DNA of 64,000 bases, taken from Octopus sinensis. Taxonomy: Eukaryota. Within the stretch, counting starts at the first letter, position 1. Each line of letters begins with the position of its first letter. Positions 51,201-62,657 of this stretch are shown one piece after another. Below the pieces are notes generated by a model that saw nothing but the letters and a program-made list of their open reading frames with translations, was not told where the DNA came from and ran no database searches. The stretch is taken from positions 39,866,001-39,930,000 of the forward strand of contig NC_043015.1 in the NCBI RefSeq assembly GCF_006345805.1. The letters are read 5' to 3'. The position numbers were made by a program, and so were the translations under genes.

Positions 51201-51756
51201 CAACAAGCACAATATTTTCATATATCACAGTGTTTAGTGTCATCTACTGGTCACGTGTTCAAATCCTGATGGAATCTGTCACCATAAATACCAGTGGTAT
51301 TCTGGGGTTGACTGACCTTGTTTCTTCAATAATAAGTTCTGTGCTGAAACAATATTAGATTTATGTGACTAGACTGGAATATAATCAAAAGCAACCCAAC
51401 CATGACCACCTCTTTTACTCAGCCAAAGTGTAACTAGGACTACATTATCTAATATGTTGTTCCTTCCTTAAATACTGGAGGTGATTCAAGGCAGATTTAG
51501 CTGCTATTGCAGGCATGCTGCACAACCACATAGAAGTTGTCCTGTTAAACATAAAAAAAAAGGAAACTGGTGAGGAGAGCGAAGCCTTACGTATATAAGC
51601 ATTCCACACATCGTTGAACTGTTTGTGATAAGGCTGACATGCTTCAATGGTTTTCATACAATAGTTTGTGCAGGGTTTCTTGTGAGGAACTTGGTTACAG
51701 CGCTGGCAGTACATCATCTGCGCCAGACTGCGAGCACAGCGCTTGGTTGGTTCAAT
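40996..51756 (-). CDS. GPC6: Glypican, dally-like / GPC1-2-4-6 class, 3' part; complement(join(40996..41264,43130..43296,44802..45139,47933..48063,51591..51756)), 5' partial
   Basis: Phase-consistent GT-AG exons. Conserved Cys pattern [10 protein letters not shown]...KPC.NYC...C, plus [53 protein letters not shown], a Ser-Gly cluster and a hydrophobic GPI tail. The symbol is the nearest vertebrate co-orthologue, not a 1:1 call. Confidence 0.95.
41380..41660 (+). repeat. 25-bp minisatellite (about 11 units) derived from the family C head
   Basis: Unit atgtaaaaagagcccttgtggtgcc, head to tail, ending in tggcacgtaaaagcaccc. Confidence 0.9.
42590..43120 (+). repeat. About 20-22-bp C-rich minisatellite
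   Basis: Units of the type cccaccttcactcaacacctc. Confidence 0.9.
43130..43296 (-). CDS. GPC6: Glypican exon ([10 protein letters not shown]...[38 protein letters not shown])
   Basis: gccgttag|t acceptor (an alternative in-frame acceptor lies at 43326), acg|gtgagt donor, phase 2/1. Confidence 0.88.
43515..44330 (-). mobile_element. SINE family B split by a Helitron-like insertion
   Basis: 3' half at about 43515-43640 and 5' half at about 44175-44330. Confidence 0.75.
43657..44044 (+). mobile_element. Non-autonomous Helitron-like element
   Basis: A|TC start, CTAG|T end, no TSD, truncated subterminal cccgagcaac hairpin arm. Confidence 0.65.
44590..44706. repeat. Inverted repeat (about 38-bp arms)
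   Basis: aaccactatgtggacaccctt..ctagaaatagatcc / ggatctatttctag..aagggtgtccacatagcggtt. Confidence 0.85.
44802..45139 (-). CDS. GPC6: Glypican exon ([14 protein letters not shown]...[14 protein letters not shown]...NCWSANGKD)
   Basis: cttcctag|gct acceptor, cag|gtaatt donor, phase 0/2; contains an RxxR convertase-type site after CGHP. Confidence 0.95.
45780..45930 (-). mobile_element. Family C repeat
   Basis: Similarity to other copies, (cat)n tail. Confidence 0.8.
46319..46548 (+). mobile_element. SINE family A with 15-bp TSD
   Basis: TSD gatacgatagagtag at 46304-46318 and 46549-46563. Confidence 0.9.
47694..47864. mobile_element. piggyBac-type MITE
   Basis: ttaa|ccccttaccc ... gggtaagggg|ttaa. 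Confidence 0.8.
47933..48063 (-). CDS. GPC6: Glypican exon ([44 protein letters not shown])
   Basis: ttgtgcag|at acceptor, caa|gtaagt donor, phase 1/0; not present in the ORF track. Confidence 0.95.
48140..48600 (+). mobile_element. Decayed RTE LINE reverse-transcriptase fragment
   Basis: [22 protein letters not shown]...WWFLRK and [17 protein letters not shown]...FKTGC match RT motifs (KAFD, HQGS.LSP.LF). Confidence 0.8.
48944..49081 (+). repeat. 39-bp tandem repeat, about 3.5 units
   Basis: ggtgtggctacatctcctgggaagtatccagagactatg and variants at an exact 39-bp period. Confidence 0.8.
49803..50030 (+). mobile_element. SINE family A
   Basis: Near-consensus copy following an (ATT)n tract. 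Confidence 0.88.
51591..51756 (-). CDS. GPC6: Glypican exon ([55 protein letters not shown])
   Basis: cattgcag|att acceptor, tac|gtaagg donor, phase 0/1. Confidence 0.95.
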
Positions 51757-51959
51757 CTGCAATGAAGAGACAAAACATTTCATCAGAAGAACGGCACATT
51801 ATAACCTCCATCACCAATCACCATGACCACCACAACCACAACCACCTCCAATGTCATCATCCCAACAAAGGCAACCATCATCAACACCATAATCACTCCA
51901 GCATCTTCACAACAAGCATCAGCATCACATCAATAATTACTGTCGTCGTCAAAATCAAA

Positions 51960-52440
51960 TTCGATGACTGGCATCCGTGCTAGCGGGGTGCAGAGAGCAC
52001 CATACAAGGGTGATCGTTGACAGAGCGGCTAACCGGCTTCCGTGCCAGTGGCATTCGAGTGTGATCATTACCAGCGGCCCCTTATTGGCACTTGTGGCCG
52101 TGCTAGTAGGGTGCCAAGAGCACCATCCGAGCGTGATCGTTGCCAGAGCAGCTAACTGGCTCCATGCCAGTGGCACGTAAAAGGGCACCATTTGAGCATG
52201 ATCATTACCAACGTCGTAAAAGGGCACCATTTGAGCATGATTGTTACCAACGTCTCCTTACTGGCACCTGTGCCGGTGACATGTGTAAAAAGATTCGAGC
52301 GAGGTCATTGCCAGTATCGCCTGACTGGCATTAGGAAGGGCATCCAGCTGTAGAAACTCTGCCAGATCAAGATTGGAGCCTGGTGCGGCCGTCTGGTTCA
52401 TTAGCCCTCAGTCAAAATCGTCCAACCCATGCTAGCATAT
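51960..52440 (+). mobile_element. Long family C copy with internal tandem subrepeats
   Basis: Repeated gcaccat..gagc.tgat units, then the standard 3' segment. Confidence 0.75.
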
Positions 52441-52712
52441 ATATGCCTCAAACCGCATCATTATCATACCACCATCACCGTCAACTTCCCCATCGAACCG
52501 TTTCTGCTTTGACCCTTTAGCATTTAAACTGGCCCCAGCTGGAGCAAGTATTCTGTTTTATATCAGACTGGACAGATCTGACCTCTCATACCAACCCTAC
52601 AATGTCATCCTAAAAATAAACAATCCCATCATTGAAATCTCCAGGATTAATTCAAAGCAATGTAAATAAGAATTACATTTGACAGAGCAGTCTGAAGAAT
52701 CTGAAAGGTTAA

Positions 52713-52975
52713 ACTAGCAAAAGAGTTCTGCAAAGATTTCCCAATGTTACAAGAGGCCACTGGAATGGATTGTTGGTGTCTTGCAGAATGCCACGAGTGA
52801 TTCCAGTATTTCAAACTGAGAAGAATATTGACCGAAGATGGATAGCCTTCCATGGCAGCAGACAACAACCACATTGTGAAAGTTTCTGAGGAATTAAGCA
52901 TTGGTAAAAGTTGGTGCCACACGATTTGAAAAGAACGAAGATACATCACGTTGCAACAAAATTTGTGTCACATCT
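52713..52975 (+). mobile_element. Mariner transposase remnant, N-terminal HTH part
   Basis: FPMLQEATGMDC...E*FQYFK...EDG*PS and SEELSIGKSWCHTI...HVATKFV. Confidence 0.7.
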
Positions 52976-53119
52976 TAGTCGATTTTTGTAATTTTTTCAA
53001 GACTTATATATGTCCTGATACCGTCGGGATCTACAAATCAAATTTGAGCGCAATCGGATGGAGGATGTCCAAGATCCTAGAAGACACACAGACAGACAGA
53101 ACGGATTTTATATAATAGA
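52976..53119 (-). mobile_element. Helitron-like 5' fragment
   Basis: Minus strand begins tctattatataaaa...gtctgtctgtgtgtc. Confidence 0.5.
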
Positions 53120-53369
53120 TATATATATATATATATAATTGGTATTATCTATAAGTTGATGATTGAAAGGAATCTATTCCTCCATTTTCTTATTTTGTAT
53201 TATGAATTTAAGGTAAAACATTTTACCTTCGCCCATCTAATACAATAAATGAACTAATTGCATTGCAATTGTAAGCATTTATGTATTAGCCTTTTTGGGT
53301 ACTTCACTGGCAGTATATTGGATAAATGATATCCCATAGTGGGTTACACTCATAACCCCTATCTCACTT

Positions 53370-53428
<59 letters not shown>

Positions 53429-53519
53429 TATGATCATGAGATTAGCATTAGCTTATCTCACTCTCTCTCGTGGAACCCTAGGGTTCCAGGGAATCCTGAT
53501 TGAGAAATGATGCTCTAAC

Positions 53520-53760
53520 CAGCAGACTACACATCTCCCCACACTGGATGCCTAAAAGATAAACCTAAAGCAGACACTATATATCATAACAATGGCCCCC
53601 TAATCGTGCATAAGTCTCTATCGAAGCACACACACACCTCTCACTGCCATGTTACCCCTGCAGACTTCATTTTGGTCCCCAAACTTAAAATCCATCTTGA
53701 AGGGTCAACAATTTTAGATGATAGAAAAAAACTGAAGAGAGTTCACTAAGAGAGAACAAC
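53520..53760 (+). mobile_element. Mariner transposase remnant, C-terminal part
   Basis: HNNGP and PADFILVPKLKIHLEG resemble HDNAP and (SPDL)APCDFFLFPKLK..LKG. Confidence 0.6.
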
Positions 53761-53924
53761 ACACAAGCCCCGAACATGTGGAATCATAGAATGTGTCGCA
53801 AAACGGCACCGATGGGGGGGGGGGCGGTTTAACACGAGAGGATTGTTAAGAATGGAAGGAAATGTTTATGCACACACATTAGGAAGGGCATCCAGCTCTA
53901 GAAGTGATGGCAAAACAGATAATG

Positions 53925-54635
53925 GTGGTAGTGGTGATTGTGGTGGTGGTGGTGGTGGTGATGATGATGGTGGTAGTGGGGTGATGATGGTGGTGGTGGT
54001 GGTGGTGATGATGATGATGGTGGTAGTGGTGGTGATGGTGGTGATGATGATGGTGGTGGTGGTGATGATGATGATGGTGGTGGTAGTGGTGGTGATGATG
54101 GTGGTGATGATGGTGGTGGTGGTGTGGTGGTGGTGGTGGTGGTGATGATGATGGTGGTGGTGATGATGATGATGGTGGTGGTAGTGGTGGTGATGATGAT
54201 GGTGGTGGTGGTGGTGGTGGTGATGATGATGATGGTGGTGGTAGTGGTGTGATGATGATGGTGGTGGTGGTGGTGATGATGATGGTGGTGGTGGTGGTGA
54301 TGATGATGATGGTGGTAGTGGTGGTGATGATGGTGGTGGTGGTGGTGATGATGATGATGGTGGTGGTAGTGGTGGTGATGATGATGGTGGTGATGATGAT
54401 GATGGTGGTGGTGGTGATGATGATGGTGGTAGTGGTGGTGATGATGGTGGTGGTGGTGGTGGTGGTGATGATGATGGTGGTGGTGGTGGTGATGATGATG
54501 ATGATGGTGGTAGTGGTGGTGATGATGGTGGTGGTGGTGATGATGATGGTGGTGGTAGTGGTGGTGATGATGGTGGTGGTGGTGGTGGTGATGATGATGA
54601 TGGTGGTGGTGGTGGTGATGATGGTGGTGATGATG
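53925..54635. repeat. Compound (GGT)n/(GAT)n trinucleotide tract, about 700 bp
   Basis: Composed almost only of GGT, GAT and AGT triplets. Confidence 0.97.
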
Positions 54636-54784
54636 ACAAAAATGCATCTCCATATATGTGCTTATGTGTTTGCATTTAACACTTGTATTCTATGCTAGCA
54701 TGATGTGTGTGTGTGTGTGTGTGTTTAATAACAGGCCATATGTTGGTTGGTTGGTTAATTTCTGCAGTCACGCTTTACATTGTG

Positions 54785-54960
54785 TGTGTGTGTATAGAGA
54801 GAGAGACAGATAGATAGATAGAAAGATAGACAGAGAGAGAGAGCGAGAAAGATAGACAGAGAGATAGAGAATGATAGATAGATAGAAAGATAGACAGAGA
54901 GAGAGAGAGAAAGATAGATAGAGAGAGAGAATGATAGATAGAGAGAGAGAAAGAGATTTT
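54785..54960. repeat. (AG)n/(ATAG)n microsatellite
   Basis: Directly visible. Confidence 0.9.
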
Positions 54961-55719
54961 GCAAAGATAGATTTTCGATGGAGTAGATTGTGATTATGTT
55001 GATAAAATCTAGAAAAAAAAGAAAAAAAGCAACACATATTTATTGCAAACTTATAAATGATGAATAGGTTTTATTTACTTTTTGTGAAGGCAATAAATAT
55101 TTTACTTTCGAAAATCAATATTCATAATTTTACAGAATCACCAAGAAATTTCATAAAAGTTGAATAATTATTATTGAATGAATGCCATATTTGCTGATGA
55201 TAACTCAGTGTCGAAAATATAAGTCCAAAGGTCCCCCATCATATGATGATGAGGAACACTCTAGTATATGTGTGTGTGTGTGTGTGTATGTATATATATA
55301 TATATATACATACATACTCAAGTATTTTTAGACTTCTTAAATTAATTACTTTAATTTCAAATGTTATTGGAATACCTTCGGTAATCTTATAATAAATCTC
55401 CCAGGTTGAATAATTTGAAGGAATTCCACTTCAAAACAAATACATACGCACACACACACATATCTATATACATACACACATATACACACACACAGCCATA
55501 CACACACACACACACACATATAAATAAAGGGTAGCATATTGGTTGAGATGGAGAAGTTGTAGGAGTCATGGAGAGTTCATGGAAGTCATTGAGAGTTTGT
55601 GTTTATTGGAGTAATTTGAAGTCTGTCGTGTGAAGACAGTTGTTTGTGTCCCTGCTTCATGAAATCTGTATATCCAACGTAGAGAAGGATATAAAATTAT
55701 GTAAGACTTGCTGCCATGT

Positions 55720-55900
55720 AAAAAGGCACCAATTACACTCTTTGGAGTGGTTGGCACTAGGAATGGTATCCAGCAGTAGAAATTGAGCCTGAATAGAAGA
55801 AACGGAGCCTGGTGCAGTTCCAGTCAAACCATCCAACCCAGCCTGGAAAACGGATGTTAAATGCTGCAGCTGATGACAATGATGATGGTGATGATGATGA
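55720..55900 (+). mobile_element. Family C repeat
   Basis: Similarity to other copies. Confidence 0.75.
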
Positions 55901-57036
55901 ATGACTGAAAATTTAATCTAAACTCTCGTGTCTCATGTTTGTGCAACAAACACGAAACAGGAGAAAAGACGAGAAACAGGTTACATTTTTTTTCCGTACT
56001 TTTTCCCCAGGATTCTTTAATTTCCAATGTTTTGTTTTAAGAAATAGGAACAAAGTAATTTCCAAAAACGAATTAAAATTTAGGGTGTGTGTGTGGGGGG
56101 GATGGATGATTATTCTGAAATTCCTGTTTTTTGGGAAATTATTATTTTTTTCCCCCCCATAAATATAAAGCTACACAACACAATGTAACTCTTCCTTTTG
56201 CAAGATGGTCGTATGTGATTTAAAAGAATTTGGTTGCTATGTCTGGCAGATTGAATGGCTCCACAAAGGCTTCTTTGGTTCACTATATTCTAAAGATACA
56301 CACTTCATTACCAAAATTTTTATTCAGGTCTACAAGCATTTACACACACACACACACATCCAGATCCTTGCCACCCCCACCCACCATGTGTTTCTTTCAT
56401 ATCTCTTGTTCTTGTAATGTAGGCCAGCCCTGGCCCACCTCCCCCTAAACAACCCACTTGATCACCCTTACTACTCTGTCCCTCCCCTCCTCACTCACCC
56501 CTGACACTAATCCCTTTCCTGTCTTCTTCCCCAACAATGTCTACTCTGTTATTCCCCCCCCCACCACCATCCTCACAACCAATCACCCCCCCACCGCTTC
56601 ATTACTGCACCACCACCCCCGCACTGCATTACACACCCTCTCTTCTATTTCCCTCACTTACAGAAGCTCTTTTAGGCCCTTAATCTTGTAAGTTGCAAGG
56701 TGACTTAACTAGTGTCAGGGAGATAAAGAAGAAAAATAAAAAAAGGAAAAAGAAAAAAAGTCCCTGCTGCCAATCCGATCCCTAAAATGGCAGGTGTCTG
56801 GTGGAGCATCCAGCTGTAGAAATATGGACAAAATTTAAGACTCTCACTCATCAGAGCCCGATAATGTGTCCAACCCATGCCAGCATGGAAAACAGATGAT
56901 GAACAACAAGGATGATGATGTGCACACACACACACACACTCGTATCTACATACATCTTTATCAATCTACCTATCTATATATAATCATATATCTATATATA
57001 ATCATATATCTATGTATAATCATATATCTATGTATA

Positions 57037-57478
57037 ATCAAAATAAGCAACAAGGATATCCAGAGGTAATGCAGTACGATTGTTTCATGCAACTCCATTT
57101 AATTGAACAATGCAATCATTACATCAATTTGAAATGTAGAGCAATCTTCAGCTGCACAAAAATATAGAATTTAGTTGAATTCCAAGGACTCATTTGTATA
57201 ATTTTCTTTTTATCCAAAATCGCAAAGAAGATAAATAGATAGACAAAGAACATGTTTTATCAACAACATCAACTGTTCCAAATTGATGTAATAATTGCAT
57301 TTTTCAATTAAATGGAGTTGCTTGAAACAACCATACTGCATTACCTCTGGATATCCTTGTTGCTTATTTTGATTTTAATCACTTTATTTTAAATTATATG
57401 GATAATACCATACTAAATTCTGGTGCCTTTAACTTAAGTACCATATTCATCTGAATCTAAATTATACTGAACTTATAT
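57037..57478 (+). mobile_element. Hairpin-plus-tail element, copy 2 (about 100-bp arms, about 140-nt loop)
   Basis: Same termini atcaaaataagcaacaaggatatcc and same tail ctggtgcctttaacttaagtaccatattcatctgaatc. Confidence 0.8.
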
Positions 57479-57481
57479 ATA

Positions 57482-57548
<67 letters not shown>

Positions 57549-57568
57549 ATATACATATATCTTGCTAT

Positions 57569-57774
57569 AAGAAGGGTTGCTGAAAAGTCCCTGGCTTTAA
57601 GGCCTGATTGGGGGGCCTACCTTCTGAACTCTTTGACAGGGCTTAGAAAAATTGAAGAACTACTGCAATAAGTGCATGGATCTGAGAGGGGAATATGTTG
57701 AATAAAATCATAATTAACTGATCCTCTTCTATTTTCTTTCATCCAAAGCCAGGAGCTTTTCAACAACCCCTTAC
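57569..57774 (+). mobile_element. Mariner-derived MITE
   Basis: TIRs gggttgctgaaaagt.cctggcttt / aaagccaggagcttttcaacaaccc; internal remnant of transposase end (NKC..LRGEYVE*); TA flanks. Confidence 0.75.
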
Positions 57775-57789
57775 GTATATATATTTTTT

Positions 57790-57906
57790 TTATTCTTAAA
57801 CAAAATATTTATTGATAGTGACTTTGAAGATTTGGCTGGCTGAGCCGTTCTTGAAACTGGCTGAAATTTCGAAGTCACTATCAAAAACATTTTTGTTTAA
57901 GAATAA
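57790..57906. repeat. Inverted repeat
   Basis: ttattcttaaacaaaa..tgatagtgacttt / gaagtcactatca..ttttgtttaagaataa. Confidence 0.8.
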
Positions 57907-58014
57907 TAAATTTGTACTCAACAAAAGTACAGAGTAACCCATCAGATTACCATAAAATTGTTTTTATTAAAACTGAACATAAAAACATTCATACATATAT
58001 ATAGATATATATAG

Positions 58015-58600
58015 GCACAGGCGTGGCTGTGTGGTAAGTAGCTTGCTTCCCAACCACATGGTTCCAGGTTCAGTCCCACTGCATGGCACCTTGGGTAAGA
58101 ATCTTCCATTACAGCCTCGGCTTGACTAAAACCTTGTGATTGGATTTGGTAGATGGAAACTGAAAGAAGCCTGATGTAAAAAGCACCCACTACACTCATG
58201 AAGTGGTAGGCATTAGGAAAGGCATCTAGCTATAGAAACATTGCCAGATCAGACTGGAGCCTGGTGCAGCCTCCTGGCTTCCCAGACCCCGGTCTAACCG
58301 TCCAACCCGTGCTAGCACAGAAAACAGATGTTAAATGATAATGATGATACATATATAGATATATATATATATAGAGAGAGGGGGAGAGTGAGAGAGAAAG
58401 ATATGTATATGTTTGTGTTTGTCCCCCCTACATTGCTTGACAACCGATGTCAGTGTGTTTCCATCCCCTGTAACTTAGCGGTTCAGCAAAAAAGACTGAT
58501 AGAATAAGTACTAGTCTTACAAAGAATAAGTCCTGGCGTTTGATTTGTTTGACTAAAGCCAGTGGTCCAGCATGGCCACCGCCAAATCACCAAAACAACT
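58015..58600 (+). mobile_element. SINE family B with an RTE 3'UTR insert (about 58175-58345)
   Basis: Both halves present around the insert. Confidence 0.85.
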
Positions 58601-58602
58601 AA

Positions 58603-58650
<48 letters not shown>

Positions 58651-59763
58651 GCACGCATTTATATATCTATACACACACATTTATCTACACACACACACAC
58701 ACACACACACATTCAACTTTGTTTTTGAAATTTAGACGTTTGTCTTTTACCTGTATTTATCCTGTATTTTCATCAAACTGACACGGATGCCAAAACCGTT
58801 CTTTTGGATTATCCTGATTGGGATTACTCAGGATCTAATACTTGTATCCATGCATGTGTGTGCGTGTGTGCGTGTGTGTGTGCGTGTGTGCACGCCTATA
58901 TATGTTTGTGTTATTATAATGATTCTTCCTCTGTGCTTTTTTACATATGGGCATAACCGCCCCCCCCCACCTCAGCCTGCAACTCTTTCCCCTTCTATCC
59001 CAGCCGACACCCTGTTCCCCCACCAACCCGCCTTTTATATAAAACTAATTCTCATTCTACCCCTCCCCCCACCCCACCTCGGTGTATTTATTTAGATAAC
59101 AAGCAAAGAAAAATAATATCCCAGATTTGCATTTTGAGATTGTTGCTGTTGTTGTTGTTGTTGTTGTATCTCTGCAACAAAACCTTCACTGATTCCACCT
59201 CATCCTGAAAGCGAAGAACTCAGGTCTTTTATGTTGTTGGATTCTGTTGTTTTTTTTTTTGTTGTTTTTTTCTCTCTGTGAAAACAACCCTGAGATAACA
59301 GAACTGGCTGCTGTTTGGCATTATTATCAGTTCTTTATCAGAGAGGGAGAGAGAGAGATTAGAGAGTGTTTGCCCCCACTTACCTACAAGCCAGGGGATT
59401 TAACAAAAACCTTGTAAAGATTTTCGGAATGTTTAAAAAGATTTTCCTTTATTTATTTATTTTTTTTTTTTTTCACGTTCTTTAATTTTGTTATTTTGTT
59501 TTTTAACCCAAAACAAGAATCTTTAGAAGTTTCTGGAATTAGGTAAGAAAGATTAAGGGAAAGATAGCAGTTTTGGCAGAGGAACGGCTCCTGATGTGGT
59601 TTACACAAACAGATTTACTACGACGAGTGCACGGCTGGTGCTATCTTTAGCTTGTTAGATGAATCCCTTTCCTCAGAGGAACGGTTGCTGGAAGATAATT
59701 GGATGAATGGTTAGTGATGCCGTTAACCTTCAGACTTCATTCAATGTTGCAAGTGTGCGTGCA

Positions 59764-59799
<36 letters not shown>

Positions 59800-59970
59800 A
59801 GTTGGAGATATTTTATACCTCATTACTCAAAGGTTTTCTCCTTAAAGGCAATCCTCAGGCAGACACTGCAGTAAGTAAAATATTCAGGTACAGAGGGAGG
59901 TGATACATCATTACATCATGTGCAGTCATGCTGGAGCACTTGTCATGAATATGCACACACATACACACAC

Positions 59971-60550
59971 AGTTCCTGGCTTTGGGTGAAAGAAAATATA
60001 GGAGGATCACTGAATTATGATTTTACTCAACATATTCCTGGAGTGGTTGGCGTTAGGAAGAGCATCCAGCTGTAGAAACACTGCCAGATCAGACTGGAGC
60101 CTGGTGCAGCCTCCTGGCTTCCCAGACCCTGGTCAAACCGTCCAACCGATGCTAGCATGGAGAACGGACGTTAAACGATGATGATGATTCCCCTCTCAGA
60201 TTCATACACTTATTGCAGAAGTCCTCCAGTTTCTTTTAACCCTTTCATTACCAACCCGGCTGAAACCAGCTCTGGCTCTTTAATACAAATGTCTTGTTTT
60301 CATAAGTTTTGAATTAAAATCTTCCACCAAACCTTAGTCACAATTTATGTTCCTAATACTAGCTTAATGATAACTAAGTTATTTTAATAAATTCTTTGTT
60401 GTATTTAAAGTAATTGAAAGAAATACAGAGCATCTCAAAATAAATACAATAACGAAAGGGTTAAACCCTGTAAAAGAACTCAAAAAGTTGGGCCTCCAAC
60501 CAGGGCCTTTTGCAATACCCTTAAAGCCAGAAACTTTTCAGCACACCCTC
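59971..60550 (-). mobile_element. Second copy of the mariner MITE, interrupted by family C (60039-60187) and a TTAA MITE
   Basis: Pieces are collinear with the reverse complement of 57569-57774. Confidence 0.75.
60240..60460. mobile_element. piggyBac-type MITE
   Basis: ttaa|ccctttc ... gaaaggg|ttaa; a fragment recurs at about 63965-64000. Confidence 0.8.
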
Positions 60551-60821
60551 ATGTGTGTGTGTGTATATATATATATATATAGTATTAATAAAATAGATGG
60601 AATAAAAGATTTAATTTAGTACAACACGTTTTGGCCCATTCTGGGTCTCTTCAGATATATAAATAACAAAATAAAAAGTTCTGAGTTCTTTTACAGGAAA
60701 TTACTATTGGTAAATCTCTCGAGAGATATTCAGCAACAGTACTTTGCAGTAAAGATTGTTTGCCAACATAACATGGCAGTCCTGGTTTAGGACGAATGTT
60801 ACTGTAATATATATATATATA

Positions 60822-61180
60822 AAAAGCACCATCTGAACGTGGCCGATGCCAGCGCCGCCTCGACTGGCTTCTGTGCCGGTGGCACGTAAAAAAGCACCAT
60901 CCGAGCGTGACCGATGCCAGTACCGCCTTGACTGGCTTCCGTGCCGGTGGCACGTTAAAAGCACCAACCGATCGTGGCCACAGCCAGACTCCCCTGGCAC
61001 CTGTGCCGGTGGCACGTAAAAAGCACCCACTACACTCATGGAGTGGTTGGCGTTAGGAAGGACATCCAGCTGTAGAAACATTGCCAGATAAGACTGGAGC
61101 CTGGTGCAGTCTCCTGGTTTCCCAGACCCCAGTTGCACCGTCCAACCCATGCCAGCATGGAAAGTGGACGCTAAACAATG
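60822..61180 (+). mobile_element. Long family C copy with three tandem head units
   Basis: tgccggtggcacgtaaaaagcacc occurs three times, with small variations. Confidence 0.8.
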
Positions 61181-61217
<37 letters not shown>

Positions 61218-61249
61218 TGGTCTAGTGATGTGTATGGATGAGGGCTGCT

Positions 61250-61600
61250 GCATAAAGAAATGCTGATTTCTAACTGTGGTGGGAGCCTGTGGAAGAGGTA
61301 GACTCAGGAAGAGATCGGACGAGGTGGTGCAGCATGATCTTTGAAAGTGGGGTCTCACGGGGACAAAGTGATTGAGACCTTTGGTGATTCAAGCCAAGTG
61401 AAGTTGCAGCTGTGGCCAGTGCTGTTGACATGTAAAAGGCACTCATTGCACTCTTGGAGTGGATGGCGTTAGGAAGGGCAAGCAGCCATAGAAACCAAGC
61501 CAAATCAGACTGGAATCTGGTGCAGCTCTCTGGCTTACCAACTTCAGTCAAACCATCCAACCCATGCCAGCATGGAAAGCAGATGTTAAATGATGATGAT
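61250..61600 (+). mobile_element. RTE LINE 3' end (ORF tail continuous with the family C 3'UTR)
   Basis: ..DEVVQHDL*KWGL remnant runs directly into the family C sequence and (gat)n tail. Confidence 0.7.
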
Positions 61601-61789
61601 ACATTTATATATACACACACACAGACATCATATCAGGTATGGCTTAGTGGTAAAGAATTTCATTTGCCAGCCATGCAATTTCAGGATCAGTTCCACTCAC
61701 TGGGCAAATGGCATCTTTTATTATAGCCTTAGGTCAAGCAAAGTCCAGGAAGTGGATTTAAGAGATAGAAGTCGAGGAAAACCTGCTGA

Positions 61790-62040
61790 ATCATCATCAT
61801 CATCATTTAACGTCCGATTTCCATGCTAGCATGGGTTGGACGGTTCGACCAGGGTCTGGGAACCCAGGAGGCTACACCAGGCTCCCGTCTGATCTGGTAG
61901 AGTTTCTACGGCTGGATGCCCTTCCTAACGCCAACCACTCTGAGAATGTAGTGGGTGTTTTTTATGTGCCACCGGCACAGGGGCCAGAGCAGGTTGGCAA
62001 ATGGCCACAATCAGTTGGTGCTTTTACGTGTCACCGACTT
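61790..62040 (-). mobile_element. Family C repeat
   Basis: Similarity to other copies. Confidence 0.8.
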
Positions 62041-62169
62041 TGATTAGAGGTCGTGTTAACCTAATGGAGGGATGGTTTCATCCTAGGAAACACTGGTTCA
62101 ATCCTTAGGTCTTTTTCGGGGGGAATTAATTTCCTTAAAATAATAGGTAAACATACAAAAAAAAAACAT

Positions 62170-62312
62170 ATATTCATATAAAAGAAGAAAATGGAGATGG
62201 GGAAATTAATAATTGTTCTTTATTAACAGCAAATTAATCACCATCTCAATTTGCTGTTAATAATAAACAATTATTAATTTCCCAACCTCCATTTTCTTCT
62301 TTTATATATGTA
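62170..62312. repeat. Inverted repeat (about 60-bp arms)
   Basis: atataaaagaagaaaatggag...ttaacagcaaatt / aatttgctgttaa...ctccattttcttcttttatat. Confidence 0.85.
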
Positions 62313-62606
62313 TATATATATGCACATACATTTACACACGTGTTTGTGTATAATTGCATGTCTGTACACACACATATTATTTATATGAAATGTAAATGTG
62401 TGTGTATATATCTATATATATATATATAAATGTGTATGTATGTGTATATATATGTCAACACCATTTTAGATTTTCATACAAAAACCATGGAAAATGATAA
62501 TTATGGAACGGCAAAATCAGCTGCCACAAAGATTACACCATTCCTGCTTGCAGACAAGGAATCCCAAGTTAGCTTTGGTTGTAGATAAGAACACATGCAT
62601 ACATAA

Positions 62607-62657
<51 letters not shown>

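Noticed and set aside
53843-54698. Long poly-His, Pro-Ser and Val-Met ORFs (149-269 aa)
   Set aside because: Stop-free by construction from a trinucleotide microsatellite; no splice or domain support.
55185-55225. Hammerhead-like CTGATGA...CGAAA (also weaker cases near 20333 and 37685)
   Set aside because: No G10.1-C11.1 pair and no complete three-stem junction with an NUH triplet; an Infernal search would settle it.
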